Shown in pieces: positions 24,253 to 36,601 of a stretch of DNA of 64,000 bases; positions within the stretch are counted from its first letter, which is position 1; every line of letters begins with the position of its first letter. Made by a program: the position numbers and the translations under genes. The notes under the pieces were generated by a model. The model was not told the DNA's origin. It was given only the letters and a program-made list of their open reading frames with translations, and did no database searches. Origin of the DNA: Prasinococcaceae sp. CCMP 1430 (Eukaryota; Plantae; Prasinodermophyta); contig RQSC01000011.1 in NCBI GenBank assembly GCA_013416795.1, forward strand, positions 302,320 to 366,319, given 5' to 3'.

Positions 24253-24323
24253 CCGCCCGTACCCGCGAACTGTGCCGCACCCCCGCGTCGCGCGGGGCGC
24301 GCGGCGCGCGACCTGCTGCCGCG

Positions 24324-24693
24324 TCAGAAGATGACGGGCTTGTCCTCGTTGCCCTTCTTCCAAAGCCAGGCGTTCTCGAGGCCCGCGCCCTTGCAGCGCG
24401 CGCAACGCAGCTTGCCTCTGCCGCCGCACGCCCCGCAGGTCTCGAGCGGCTTCGCACTGCCCACGACGCCCCCCCCGACCTTGCCCCTGCCCTTGCAGCG
24501 CTCGCACACGGTCGTGGTGGCGCCGTCGCACCGCTTGCACTTGGCGGGCGCGAACGCCTGCTGGAGCTCGGCGCGCGCGGAAGCGGCGGCGACTGCGGCG
24601 AGTGCCGCGGCGAGGGCGGCGTCGGCGATCACCGCCGCCGCGGAGGGCATCTGGGTTTGTGCGCGCGCTTTGGCGCGCGCCCGCATCGGGGGG
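24324..24693 (-). CDS. DnaJ-type cysteine-rich zinc-finger protein (5' end may lie in gap)
   Basis: Four CxxCxG(xG) repeats: CKRCDG, CERCKGRG, CGACGGRG, CARCKGAG. Confidence 0.8.
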
Positions 24694-24871
24694 NNNNNNN
24701 NNNNNNNNNNNNNNNNNNNNNNNNNNNNNNNNNNNNNNNNNNNNNNNNNNNNNNNNNNNNNNNNNNNNNNNNNNNNNNNNNNNNNNNNNNNNNNNNNNNN
24801 NNNNNNNNNNNNNNNNNNNNNNNNNNNNNNNNNNNNNNNNNNNNNNNNNNNNNNNNNNNNNNNNNNNNNNN

Positions 24872-25395
24872 CGGCGTACTTCGCCGGAGTGCGCGCCCGC
24901 GCCGCTGATGGCGGCGCCGCGGCGCGCGCGCTCGTCGACGTGCGCGAGGCCGCGGGCAAGGGCTACGGCGCGTTCGCGCGGCGCGCGATGGCCCGCCACA
25001 CGTACCTGGGCGACTACGCGGGCGAGCTTATTTCCAACGAGGAGCTGCGCGAGCGCACCGCCCGCGGCGCCGGCGACTACGTCGTATGCAGCGGGGACGG
25101 CGCCGCGCTCGACGGGTACGCCGACGCGCAGGACCGGAGCAGGTTCACGCTCGCGCACACCAACCACGCGCCGCGGGGCTCGCGCGAGGCGAACCTCTTC
25201 CGCGTCAAAATGTCCGGCGGGACGGGGGTGGGGATTGCGGAAGGGCGGGGCGATCGGGCCGACGGGGCCGACCGCGAGGACGCCGGCCGCCCGCGCTGGG
25301 CCTTCTTCACCAACAGGGACGTCGCCGCCGGCGAGGAGCTGCAGTGGACGTACTCGGACGGGTACTGGGAGGGGAGGGAGGGGGAGATCGTGTAG
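24872..25395 (+). CDS. SET-domain protein (5' end in gap)
   Basis: GKGYGAFA, LGDYAGELI, AHTNH and RDVAAGEELQWTY motifs. Confidence 0.85.
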
Positions 25396-25662
25396 TGGAG
25401 TGCTGTTGCGTTGTGTAGCGTTACTTTCTTTCTGGCCAGGTAGCTGGCGAAAGCCGTGCCACTGGCGTCGCTCACCAAGTCCTCGCGAGCGGAGCTGCAG
25501 CGCGGACGAGGGAGCGCGGGGCAGTCGCTTCGTCGTCCTCGTCGCCCCCGCGCCAAGAGCGGAGCGCGGTCGCGAGCGAAGCGCCGTCGCGAGCGAAGCG
25601 CGGTCGCGCCCCCGCTCCCCGGGCGTCGGGCGGCCCTCCGCGAATCGGCGCCAGCGCGCCCG

Positions 25663-26668
25663 TCAGTCCTCCTCATCGTCCTGCTCCCTCTCCCGCGCGA
25701 ATCGCGCGTTCTCCTCGCCGCGCGCGCGCTTGGCGTCCCCCCCCTCGTCGCTGGGGCGCGAGCGCTTCTGCGGTCGCACGGGCTGCTGCTGCTGCTGCGG
25801 CTGCCGCCGCGGGCCGGGTGGCGGCACTCCGCCTCCCCTGAAGCCCGGACTGCCGCCGAAGCCCGGGCTACCGAAGCCTGCCCCTCCCCCGCCCCGCAGC
25901 TCGGCCTCCATGACCTTGCCGTACCCGCCGCGCTCCTGGTCGTACTCCGTGCGGTACTCGTCGCGCATCTGTCCCCCCGACTTGCCGCGGCCGAACTGGC
26001 GGCCATCCTCGAAGCCCCAGTCGAAGTCGGCACGGATCTCGCGCTCGTCGAGCATCGTGCCGTTGAGGTACGCCACCGCGCGCTCCGCGCCCTGGCGCGT
26101 CTTGAAGATCACGAAGCAGAAGCCGCACGGCGTCTTGGTGTTGCGGTCGAGGCCCATCACCACGCGGTCGAGCTCACCCGCCTTGCCAAACACCTCGGCG
26201 ATCTGCTCCTCCTTGGTGAAGAAGGACAGGTTGCCGACGTACAGGCTTTCATCGGTTGGGGAGGGTTGTTGTCCGGCGGTCGGGGGCGGAGGGGGGGGAG
26301 GGGGCGCAGGCGCGTTGGGTGGGGCGCGTCAGCACATCGATGTCCCGGGAGGGGGGGGAGTCGCGCAGAGGGGAGAGAGGAGCGCGCGGAGGGAGGGACG
26401 GAGCGAATGCAGGAGGCGCGCGAGGGGACGGAGCGCGCGAAGGGAGGGAGCGCACGAAGGGAGCGCGCTGGGGATGGCCGCGGCGCGCAGGCGGCCGCGC
26501 GGCAGGCCCGCGCGCCCGCGCCCTGATTCCGAGAACAGCCCCGCGCAGCGCGCGCGCGCACCACGGGCTCTCGGCGATGGCCTTGTCGTACTCGGCCTTG
26601 GTGCCCTTGAACTTCCTGTCCATGTATTCGGACAGCGGCACGAGCGACTTGTAGATTTTGGACGCCAT
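25663..26668 (-). CDS. NCBP2: Nuclear cap-binding protein CBP20 (exons 26668-26562, 26245-25663)
   Basis: [27 protein letters not shown]...KTPCGFCFV and [24 protein letters not shown] motifs. Confidence 0.95.
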
Positions 26669-27013
26669 GGCTCGGCCTGGGGGGCGCTAGGGCGAGGACC
26701 TGGTCGCGCGCTGCCGGGGCGCGCGCTGTGTGGGCGCGGCCGGCCCTCTCGCGCGCCACCCAGCTCTGTGCCCCCCCCTCCCGCCGACTTTTTGTTTTGG
26801 GTAATTGTTTGGTATTTCCCTGATACATCACTTTTATTTCTAAATCAAAATCGGAACAGGCACTCTAAGAACTTCTTAGTTAGCAAGGAAAAGGTGTGCG
26901 CGGGAGCCGATGGCAGAGTGGCGGCGATTCGAGTGTGGTGAGCTGTCAGCGCCAGTGCACGCTCGAGCGAGGCGTGGGTTCCGGCCGCCTTTCGGCGGCA
27001 TCTCCCCCCACGT

Positions 27014-29365
27014 TCACTTGGGCGTGCACACGTTCTTCTTGAATGCGCAGAGCTTCTTGGCGTCGCCCTGCTTGCACTCCTTCTTGTTCTTGGCGGCCTT
27101 GCAGAGCTTCTTGATGGCCTTTTTGGAGAGCTCGGACTGGTCGGTCTTCTTCGACTCCTTCTTCTTGTTCTTGTTCTTCTTCTTCTTGCCGGTGGGCTCG
27201 TCGCCCTCCTCGGGAGGAGGCGACGGGGTGCCGGAGAGCTTGTCGGACTTGCCGGCCTTCTTCTTGTTCTTCTTCTTGTCCTTGCCGGTGGGCGACGACG
27301 CGCCTGGCAGAGTGATGTCGAGGGCTGGCGCTGTTGCGTCGTCGAACAGGCCCTCCGCATCTTCGGCGGACTGGGCGGACGTCGAGGACTCGCCGCCCTC
27401 GAACGCGCCCGGCACGTCCGTCTGGCCGTGGTCGTCACGACCCCAGCAGTAGATCGCGCCGTCGTCCCGGGCGACGCCGCACGTGTGAGCCGCTCCGGCG
27501 CTCACGGACGCCCACGCGCCCACGCCGCTCGGCACGTCCAGCTGGCCGTCGGCGTTGTGCCCCCAGCAGTGCATCGAGCCGTCGTCCTGGGCGACGCCGC
27601 ACGTGTGCCAGTCTCCTGCGCTCACTGAGGACCACGCGCCCGCGCCGCTCGGCGCGTCCGCCTCGCCGGCGGCGTTGCTTCCCCAGCAGTGAATCGCGCC
27701 GTCGGCCTGCGCGACGCCGCACGTGTGAAAGTATCCTGCGCTCACCGAGGACCACGCGCCCACCTCGCTCGGCACGTCCGCCTGGCCGTAGGAGCTCCGT
27801 CCCCAGCAGTGCAGCGCGCCGTCGGCCAGCGCGACGCCGCACGTGTGGAAGGTTCCGGCGCTCACGGAGGACCACGCGCTCACAGTGCTGGGCACGTCGC
27901 TCTGGCCGAAGAGGTTCCACCCCCAGCAGCGGAGCGCGCCGTCGGCCCGCGCGACGCCGCACGTGTGGGCCCCTCCGGCGCTCACGGAGGACCACGCGCG
28001 GACGGCGCTCGGCACGTCCGCCTGGCCCGCGTAGTTGGACCCCCAGCACTGGAGCGCGCCGTCGGCCCGCGCGACGCCGCACGTGTGGGAGAGTCCGGCG
28101 CTCACGGAGGACCACGCGTTGTCGCGCCCCGCATCGTGCGGCACGTGCACGTAGCCGTCGCCCGGGGTCGTCGCGTCGAGCGGCAGCCGCACGCGCTCCG
28201 GCGTGCACACGCTCGCGGGCCGCGAGTGCCTTCGCGACGAGTCGTCCACAGCGAGGGGCGGCGGAGATTGGGGGTTGTTGGGCGGCGGGCTCGATGGCGA
28301 GCTCGAAGGAAGGCTCGGCGGAGGCGGGCTCTCTGGCGGAGCATTAGCCGGGACGGGGCTGGGCGACGGGCTCGACGGCGGGCTGGCCGCCGGCGGAGGA
28401 CTCGTCGGGCTCGCCACGTCAGATGTGCTCGGCACGTCCGTCTGGCCATTTGTGTTTCTCCCCCAGCAGTAGATCGCGCCGTCGGCCACGCCGCACGTGT
28501 GGTGGATTCCGGCGCTCACGGTGGACCACGCGCCCACGCCGCTGGGCACGTCCGTCTGGCCATAGTCGTTGGTGCCCCAGCAGAGCAACGTGCCGTTGGC
28601 CTGCAAGATGCCGCATGTGTGCCACCCTCCGGCGCTCACGGTGGACCACGCGCCCGCGCCGCTCGGCACGTCGGTCTGGTTCCAGACGTCCTGTCCCCAG
28701 CAGCGCAGCGCGCCGTCCGCCAGCGCGATGCCGCACGTGTGGTAGTTTCCGGCGCTCACGGAGGACCAAGCGCTCACGTCGCTCGGCACGTCCGACTGGT
28801 TGTAGTAGCTGTTGGATCCCCAGCATTGCAGCGCGGAGTCCGCCTGCGCGATGCCGCACGTGTGGTCGTATCCGAGGCTCGCGGAGGACCACGCAGTCAC
28901 GTCGCTCGGCATGGCGGTCTGGCCCGCGTAGCTCAATCCCCAGCAGTGGAGCGCGCCGTCCGCCCGCGCGATGCCGCACGTGTGAGTCGCTCCGGCGCTC
29001 ACGGAGGACCACGCGCTCACGTTGCTGGGCACGTCCATCTGGCTGTCGACGTCGCGCCCCCAGCAGTGCATAGCGCCGTCGTCCCGCGCGACGCCGCACG
29101 TGTGCGCGTCTCCTGCGCTCACCGAGGACCACGCGCTCACGTTGCTCGGCACGTCCACTAGCGCGCCGAGGTAGTCTTCGTCGTACATCATGGCATTTTC
29201 GGACGGTGCTTCGCCTCCCCAACAGCGCAGCTCGCCGTCGGCGAGCGAGAGGGCGCACGTGGCCCTGTATCCGGCGCTCAGGGAGTACGATTCGCGGTGC
29301 GAGTCGGGAGCGGCGGCCGCACCGCGCGGTGCGAGCAGCGCCACCGCCGCCCATGCCGCGCTCTA
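27014..29365 (-). CDS. Secreted double RCC1/BLIP-II (CRINKLY4-like) beta-propeller protein, copy 1: 7 repeats, Ser/Pro linker, 7 repeats, Lys/Cys tail; ATG not located
   Basis: About 40-aa repeats WSSVSAGxxHTCG.A.ADGAL.CWG....GQ.DVP; signal-peptide-like AAWAAVALLAPRGAAAA; tail KLCKAAKNKKECKQGDAKKLCAFKKNVCTPK*. Confidence 0.85.
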
Positions 29366-29467
29366 TTTCACCGTCAGAGCAATCAGCCAGGTACGCGCGC
29401 GGGGGCGCGTGCAGGGGCGCGCGCGGAGGGCGGGGCCGCCCTTCGCCGCCCTTCTCCGACGGCCGCG

Positions 29468-31703
29468 ATGGGCGCCAAAGAGACCCGCGGCGTCCCGGTC
29501 GAGTACTGCGGCGTGCCCGTGACTTCCTTTCCCGCCCCGGCGCGTGAGTTCCTCGGCGCCTTCGACGCGAATGGCGACGGCGTCATCGACCTGAGCGAGC
29601 TCGAGTCGGCCGCGCGCATGCTCGAACACGCGCGCAAGGGCAGCCTCACGGTTGACATGTTCCCCGAGCGCCTGCAAGACACCGTGCGTGCTCTCGACGA
29701 TGAGGGCGACGGCGTGCTGGAGCTCGACGAGATCACCGAAATGGTCGAGACGTACGCCGCTCTGAAGGAGCAGAACAAGACGGGCGAGATCAACATATCC
29801 ACCCTGCCCAAGGAGATCCAGCCATCGCTGAAGGTGTTTGACGTCGACGGAGATGGAACCGTAGCGCCCATGGAGCTCGCACGCGGCGCCGAGCTGTACA
29901 TCGAGTCCAAGAAGACGGTCAAGAAGCTCACCAGGCTCTCGGTTGCGCTGCTCTTGTTGATGGGCGTCATGCTCGCCGCTATCACGGGCCTCGTCTTCGC
30001 CGTGGTCGAACTGTCCAAAGAGACCAGCACCGGCTCGGGCGGCGTGCAGACCGTGAAGGGCGGGGATGCGCCCGTGGCGACCGCCAAGGTGGAGGAGCGC
30101 GGAAAACTCTTTGATCTGGCAAAGGCCAAGGACAGCACGCTGCTCGCCGTTACCAAGCTCGGCCCCCTCTTTTCGGGGGAGGACAGCCACGCCTTCAGCG
30201 TCACCGGCTACTCGCGCATGGGCGGCGAGGTGCGTTTCTACACCTCGAGCGGCAGCATCGTGTACGTGCGCGAAAACGAGTACCATGTCGCCTCGGCCCA
30301 GGGCGAGACGATCATCCCCGTCACGACCAGGGCCGATGCGAACCAGCGGCGGCGGCTGATGTCGGACACGAGCGAGGAGAGCTTCACCCAGGACGTGGGC
30401 GCGAGCATCGTGGATAACAACAAGCCCACGCCCCCCAAGGAGTGGACCTGCGATCCCGGCTATTACGCCGTGGGCGACGGCTGCGACTGCAACTGCGGCG
30501 CGCCCGACCCGGACTGCCTGACCTGCGAGGACGACGGGACGTACCAGCAAGGTGTGTTTGGCTGCAACAACACTCTGGACCGGTGCGCCGCCGACGCGAC
30601 GTGCACATCGGGGCCGCACCACTGCGCGGATGGCAAGACGATGAGCGAGGAGGAGCACAGCGCGTGGCTGTTAACAGCCACCGACAGCTACAGCGACGAC
30701 TACGCAGACAACCACACCGACTACGACTACGACTACGACTACGACGACTACGGCTGCGGCTACGGCTACCACGAGGACTTTGGCTACGGCTACGGCTGCC
30801 ACAACTACGACTACGACGACCCGACGCGCCGCCACCCTACGACTCCTTCTACCCGCCGTCACCGGATGCGCCCCCACCGTTCTACTCGCCGCCGTCACCG
30901 GATGTGCCCTGGCCGAACGCGCCCCCACCGAACGCGCCGCCACCGGACGCGCCCCCACCGGACTACTCCTATGACTACTCCTACGCGCCCCCACCGGACG
31001 CGCCCCCACCGGACGCGCCCCCACCGGACGCGCCCCCACCGGACGCGCCGCCACCGGACGCGCCTCCACCGAACGCGCCACCACCGTACGCGCCGCCGCC
31101 GAACGGTGACGACTACGAGGACGATCCTCCCATCGAGATCCTCCGGACGTTGCCGGAAGAAGAGCTTGACTACGCGGAGACGGAATTCGCTGTTGACCTT
31201 TTCGACAGAAGTTATGGGTACGATGGGCAGACTGCTATGATGGATATTGGAGAAGTGTATCACCCCCTGTGGCTCGTGTGGCGCTATTTTGCCAAGGTGC
31301 GGCGCGCAGACGACCGCTTAGGCCGGCGCAAGGGGGGGCGACGCGCGCCGACTTCAAGTGGGCGGCCTTTTCGAGAGCCATCGCCAGAGACCGCTTTGAC
31401 ATCCGCAGGCACTCCGACATCGACTTCGCGGCGACGGATGACGACGGCCACCTCTATCGCGAGGAGGGATTCGATGAAATGTTCCCCAAGTCACGGGAAT
31501 GGAGGGAATTCGCGGACCTCTTCTATGGCGCGGATTACGATTACAGTGGTACTCTGCCGTCGCTCGAGTGCAAGCTGGACGACGTGGGCGTCGTGACAGG
31601 TGCTGTGTACGCCGATGCCGAGGTTTCCTTTGTCATGGATGGCGACGAGACGTCAGCATTGCGTTTCCGATCGTTTTCCACAACGATCGAAAGGAACAAC
31701 TGA
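29468..31703 (+). pseudogene. EF-hand / transmembrane / Cys-rich / (DY)n / (APPPD)n surface protein with two frameshifts (~30820, ~31335); pseudogene or indel errors
   Basis: EF loops DANGDGVIDLSEL, DDEGDGVLELDEI and DVDGDGTVAPMEL; one TM helix; RRRL site; GDGCDCNCGAPDPDC; Pro-rich repeats continue in the next frame. Confidence 0.65.
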
Positions 31704-32582
31704 AGCCAAGACTATCGAGCCGGCACCGCTGGCCGCGTTGCTGACCGTCGCTGAGCGCCTCGACAAAACGTAGGCACTCCCCAGTTGAACTTCGCCCACG
31801 AGGACGGCGAGTTGCAAGGTGCGGTCACGCATCTTTGAGGGCGACAAGCTCAACAACCTTCGAGCCACCTGGGGTTCGAGCACGCAAATGTCAGACGCTG
31901 CACGATTGCGACCACAGCAGATAGAGCTATCGACGTCGCATCGCCCACTCCTAGTTTCCTGCGCCCGCCATCCCAATGTGTATGAGACATGGCGTGTGTG
32001 GATCCAGTCGCTCGCCCCGCCTGCTCCGCCCCGCGCGCGCGGGGTGGCGGGCACGCCGCCGGCGCCGTTCCCCGGCAGCCGCGTACCAGGACTGTACTGT
32101 GGTCCAGCTAGACTCTCGAGGCAGCCGGCCGACAGCGCCGGGTCGCCAGGGTTCTCTAGCTAGCTAGAGACTACTCCTACAGTCGTCGTACTGTAGAACG
32201 CAGCGTGACGCCGTGTCTGGCCGCACCAACGGGCGGTGAGACCGGGGATGACATCCTCTGACCGAGGCAGGAAGGCGGGGTCACCCGGGTGAGCGCGAAG
32301 GACAGTACATGTACATACAGTAGTCACTAGTGCAGTACTAGTACTACTGTACTGTAACTGCCCTCGAGCTGTACGAGCGAGCGTGTGTGGGGTGAGGGGG
32401 GTGGGTGGGGGCGGTAGCAGGAGCCACTCGAGGGCGCCCCAGCAGGCGCCCACCGCCGCGCCGCCTTGACCCCTCCCTGTTTCCCACGCGCGTGCCCCCT
32501 GTGGTGGTGTGTGTTGGGGGGGGGGGGGAGTGCGGCGCGGCGTGGGCGCGCGCTTTGCCGCCGCGGCGTCCCGAAGGCGACG

Positions 32583-34719
32583 ATGTCCATCTGGGAGGGC
32601 GTGGCGCCGCGTGCCGGGCTGCGCGAGCCGCTGCTCGCGCCGTCCGACGCGCACCGCCGCGCTGCTGGCGCTCGGTGCGCGCGAGGCCGCCTGGGTGGGC
32701 GCCGGCGTCGCGGCCCTGCTTGTGAGGCTGCCCTTCTCGCTGTCGATGCCGCTGTGGACCGCGCGTGCCGTGGACGAGCTCTATGGCTCCGACGAAGCGC
32801 GTGACATGGCGGCGGTGCGGCGCACGCTGCTGTACATGGCCGCCGCGGGCACCATCGATGCCGCGCTCGACTTTTGGTGTGTGTTCCTCTTCGGCTATGC
32901 GCAGCAGCGCCTCGTGCGGCAGCTGCGGCTCGACACGATGGCGGCCATCCTGCGGCAGGAGGTGGCGTATTTCGACGCAACGACCAGCGGTGAGCTGCTG
33001 AGCCGGCTGACGGCGGACTGCGAGGCGATGGCGGGCGACCTCACCAACGTGCTGCGCTCGGTGGTGGAGGCCGTTGTGCGCATCGGCTGGATTGCCGCGT
33101 ACATGCTCTACTCGTCGCCGCGGTTGGGCGGGGTTGCGTGCTGCGTGGTGCCGCTCACCGCCGCAGTGACGCGCTGCTACGCGCGCTGGCTGCATGCCAA
33201 CGCCACGCGCGTGCAGGCGGCGCTCGCGCGCGCCAACGCCTCCGCTGCCGAGGCGCTCGCCGGCCTGCGGACGGTGCTCGCCTTCGCCGCGGAGCGCGCC
33301 GAGCTCGCGCGCTTCGGCGCGGCCGTCGAGGAGCACCACTGGCTCAACGTGCGTCAGCTGGTCATAACGGGCGCGTACTACGCCGTGGCCGCCACCCTGC
33401 TCTCTAACACCGCCGTGGCGGTGGCGCTGCTAGCATACGGCGCCGTGCTTGTCGCGGAAGGCTCCATCTCCCCCGCCACGCTGCTGGGATTCATGCTGTA
33501 CCAGGCGCAGCTGCAGGAGTATTGGAACAACCTTCTGAACGCGCTCACCGGCTTGGTGCGCTCGTCGGGCGCGGGCGCCAAGGTTTTCGAGCTGCTCGGT
33601 AGGCAGCCCAAGTGCGTGCGCCTCGACGGGGGCGGGCTCGGCGACGCGTGTGGTTGGCTCGGCGACGGACTACGCGACAACACGGCGCCGGGGCGGACTG
33701 GTGGAGGCGGACGCGTGGGTGCTGACGCCGATGCGAGCACGCGCGCCAAGGCACGGGCGCATTTGCTGGGCGTCGACGTGCGCGACGTGTCCTTCGCGTA
33801 CCCCACGCGGCCATCCGTGCGCGTGCTCGACGGCGTGGGCCTGCGCGCGGAGGCCGGCGAGACGGTGGCGCTGTGCGGGGCGAGCGGCAGCGGCAAGAGC
33901 ACGCTTTTTCACATGCTTCAGGGGTTCTACGAGCCCGACGCGGGAGGCGTGTTCCTCTTGGGCGATGTGGTTGGTGGCGAGGCCGCTGTGTGTGCCATCC
34001 CACACCGTGCTCTGCATCGGCTGGTGGCGCTGGTTGGCCAGGAGCCGGTGCTCTTTTCCGGGTCCGTGGAGTATAACATCCTGTACGGCGCGCTCGCCGA
34101 CCTGGTGGCGGAGCGTGAAGTAGCCGACGTCGCGCGCCCGCGCATGCGCGCTCGCGAGCGCACGCGAGCGGGGCTCGCGGGGGCGTTTGGGCTGCGCGGG
34201 CGCGTAGGCGCGGACTCGGATGTGAGGGCGAGCGGCTGGGAGGACCTCGTCGGCTCGCCCGCGGCCCTGGTAGACCTGCGCGCGCGCGCGCGCGCCGCTG
34301 CGGCCCTCGCGAACGCCGCGGGCTTCATCGATGCGCTGCCCGAGGGCTACGCTACGCAGGTGGGCGAGGGTGGCGCGGCGCTGAGCGGCGGGCAGAAGCA
34401 ACGTGTGGCCATCGCGCGGGCGCTGCTCCGCGACCCGGCGCTGCTGCTGCTCGACGAGGCCACCAGCGCACTCGACTCGGAGAGCGAGGCGGCCGTGCAG
34501 GAGGCGCTCGAGTCCGCTGCCGCCGGCCGCACCACTATGGTCATCGCGCACCGCCTGTCGACCATCCGCCGCGCGGACGCCATCCACGTGCTGCGCGCGG
34601 GCCGCGTCGTGCAGAGCGGCACGCACGCCGCGCTTCGCGCCGACGCGCGCGGCGCGTACGCGGCGCTCGCGCACGCGCAGGAGCTGCGCGACGACGCGGG
34701 GACAGATGAGGACTCGTGA
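32583..34719 (+). CDS. ABC transporter subfamily B half-transporter (TAP/MDL-like); ATG at 32583 is out of frame with the main ORF
   Basis: TMD with QEVAYFD..TSGELLSRLTAD, Walker A GASGSGKST, LSGGQKQRVAIARA, LLLDEATSALD and IAHRLST. Confidence 0.92.
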
Positions 34720-34894
34720 CGCGCGGCACGGACAGGGCGTCGCGCACCACCGCGAGGGACGCCACCCCAAGCCACCCTCCGCCACCCTCAGCCCCGTTGC
34801 GCGCGAGCCAGCTCCAGCCTGCTCCAGCCATGCCTTGCCGAGCTTCACATCCCGGTCGGGAAGCACCTTGTAATAATTTTTAATGTATACAAAA

Positions 34895-35022
34895 CCCACG
34901 GGAGATCATTCTGGGCCCTAGACTAGACTAGTACTAATATTTGTGCATTATATACCCACGGGAGACTCATTTCCGTGCGCGTGCCCTTAAAAGCCCGATA
35001 CGTTTCAAGACCCCACGGGAGA
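34895..35022. repeat. Three direct copies of CCCACGGGAGA in an AT-rich spacer
   Basis: Copies start at 34895, 34955 and 35012. Confidence 0.85.
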
Positions 35023-35215
35023 GTTACTGTACATTCACGCGAGCCTTTCGTTTTGACCTCGCGTCGCCGGCCGCGTTCCCCCGGGCGCGGCCGCGGCGAA
35101 AAGCGCGCCGGCGGCGCGCCACGCGTGCGCGCCCCGCCGCAGGCGCGTACCCGCGGACGCGCGCGCGCAAGGGAGCGAGAAAAGCGGCGTCGGGTACAGG
35201 CGGGAGGCTGTGCAC

Positions 35216-36241
35216 ATGGAGCTTCTGCAGCTGGACTTCGCGCGCGCCAAGGCTGCGCGCGGGCTCACAGCGAGCGAGGCGCGGTCGGTGCTGCGGCTGC
35301 TCGTGCGCACCGACGACGAGCAGGCTGCCGGGGAGCGCCTCCCCGCGGCCGACGCGTATGGCAGTGAGGCAGGCGCGGGCTACGAGCAGGAGGCGCCCTC
35401 TTCGGCGCTGCGCGCGCTGATGGCACTCGCCGCGGAGGCTGCACGCACACTGGCGGCGGAAGGCGAGCTCTGTTTCGACGACGAAGGCCCCGCACTTGCC
35501 GCCGAGCGTGCCCAGCGTGCCAGGAACGCGCTCGCGCTCGCGCTGCGCGCCAACGAGCAGATGGAACAGGCCGCCCGCGATGCTAAACGCCGCGCGGCGC
35601 GTGCGCGCGCCGAATCCCAGGCTCTGCGCACGGCGCTGGTGCGCGCCGAGCGCGCGTGCGCCTCAGCCGAATCGCTGCCGCTCGCGCGGCTGCCAGCCAT
35701 GGGTGCGGCGGCCACGCGCATACAGGCGGCCTACAGGGGAGTGAAGGGGAGGCGGAGCGCGCGCGCTTTGGCCATGGCCATCCTGCGCGGCGAGGACTTG
35801 GCGGACGGCCTCGAGCGCTCAGAGCAGCGCTCTCGCGAGGTGGCGACAGCTGCCTACTCGAAGGATTTGCAGGTCCCACAAACCGCGAGCTACCGCCAGC
35901 CCCCTCTGAGCGTCGTGTCGGCTGCGCGCAGGCGCGCCCGTGAGCTGGAGGCGGAATGCGAGCGTCAAGGTGCCAGGGCGCAGGCGCTCGAAGCGCAGCT
36001 CGAGAGCGCTCGCGCGATCGGAGGCGATGGCGCGTCGCAAACGCTGGCGCCGGGGGCGCTCGACGGCGAGGGGAACGTGGAAAAGGCGGACGCTGGCGAA
36101 AGTGCGGTACTGCTGCGCGCGCGCGTCACACAGCTTGAGCGTGCGTTGATAGCAACGGGGACGACACTGCCGCCGACGCCCGTCGAGGCCGACGGGCGCG
36201 TGCATGCGCGCGGCACGACCGTAGAGCTTATTGAAAGCTAA
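35216..36241 (+). CDS. IQ-motif coiled-coil protein
   Basis: AATRIQAAYRGVKGRR IQ motif flanked by predicted coiled coils. Confidence 0.7.
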   Translation: MELLQLDFARAKAARGLTASEARSVLRLLVRTDDEQAAGERLPAADAYGSEAGAGYEQEAPSSALRALMALAAEAARTLAAEGELCFDDEGPALAAERAQRARNALALALRANEQMEQAARDAKRRAARARAESQALRTALVRAERACASAESLPLARLPAMGAAATRIQAAYRGVKGRRSARALAMAILRGEDLADGLERSEQRSREVATAAYSKDLQVPQTASYRQPPLSVVSAARRRARELEAECERQGARAQALEAQLESARAIGGDGASQTLAPGALDGEGNVEKADAGESAVLLRARVTQLERALIATGTTLPPTPVEADGRVHARGTTVELIES

Positions 36242-36601
36242 TCGGGAGGTGCACGAGCGAAGAAGGATCGCACCTGTCGTGCCCCACGCACATCTGTTCA
36301 CTGTACCAGCGGCGAAAGGCGCAAGCACGCGGGCGACCCGGCGAGCGCCTTGTCGGGGGATGCGTAAGGATAAGTGCATGCCCTCGCAAAAGCTCCAGAC
36401 TGACTTGTACTCTCCTGGCGAGCTTGCTGGAGCTACATGGCAAGAAGTCGCGCACGAGCTACACGCCACGTCCATCTAGAGCATGTCTATACACCAAAAC
36501 GCCGGACGCGTGCGACACGTCTGAGTGGCGACGGGATACCGACAGCTAATTACGGCGAGAGCAGCAGCCGCCCAACGACAACGGCTTTCTCCGTGTGTCG
36601 A

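Noticed and set aside
34895-35022. Repeat-spacer pattern as a CRISPR array
   Set aside because: Only three 11-nt repeats, eukaryotic context, no cas genes.
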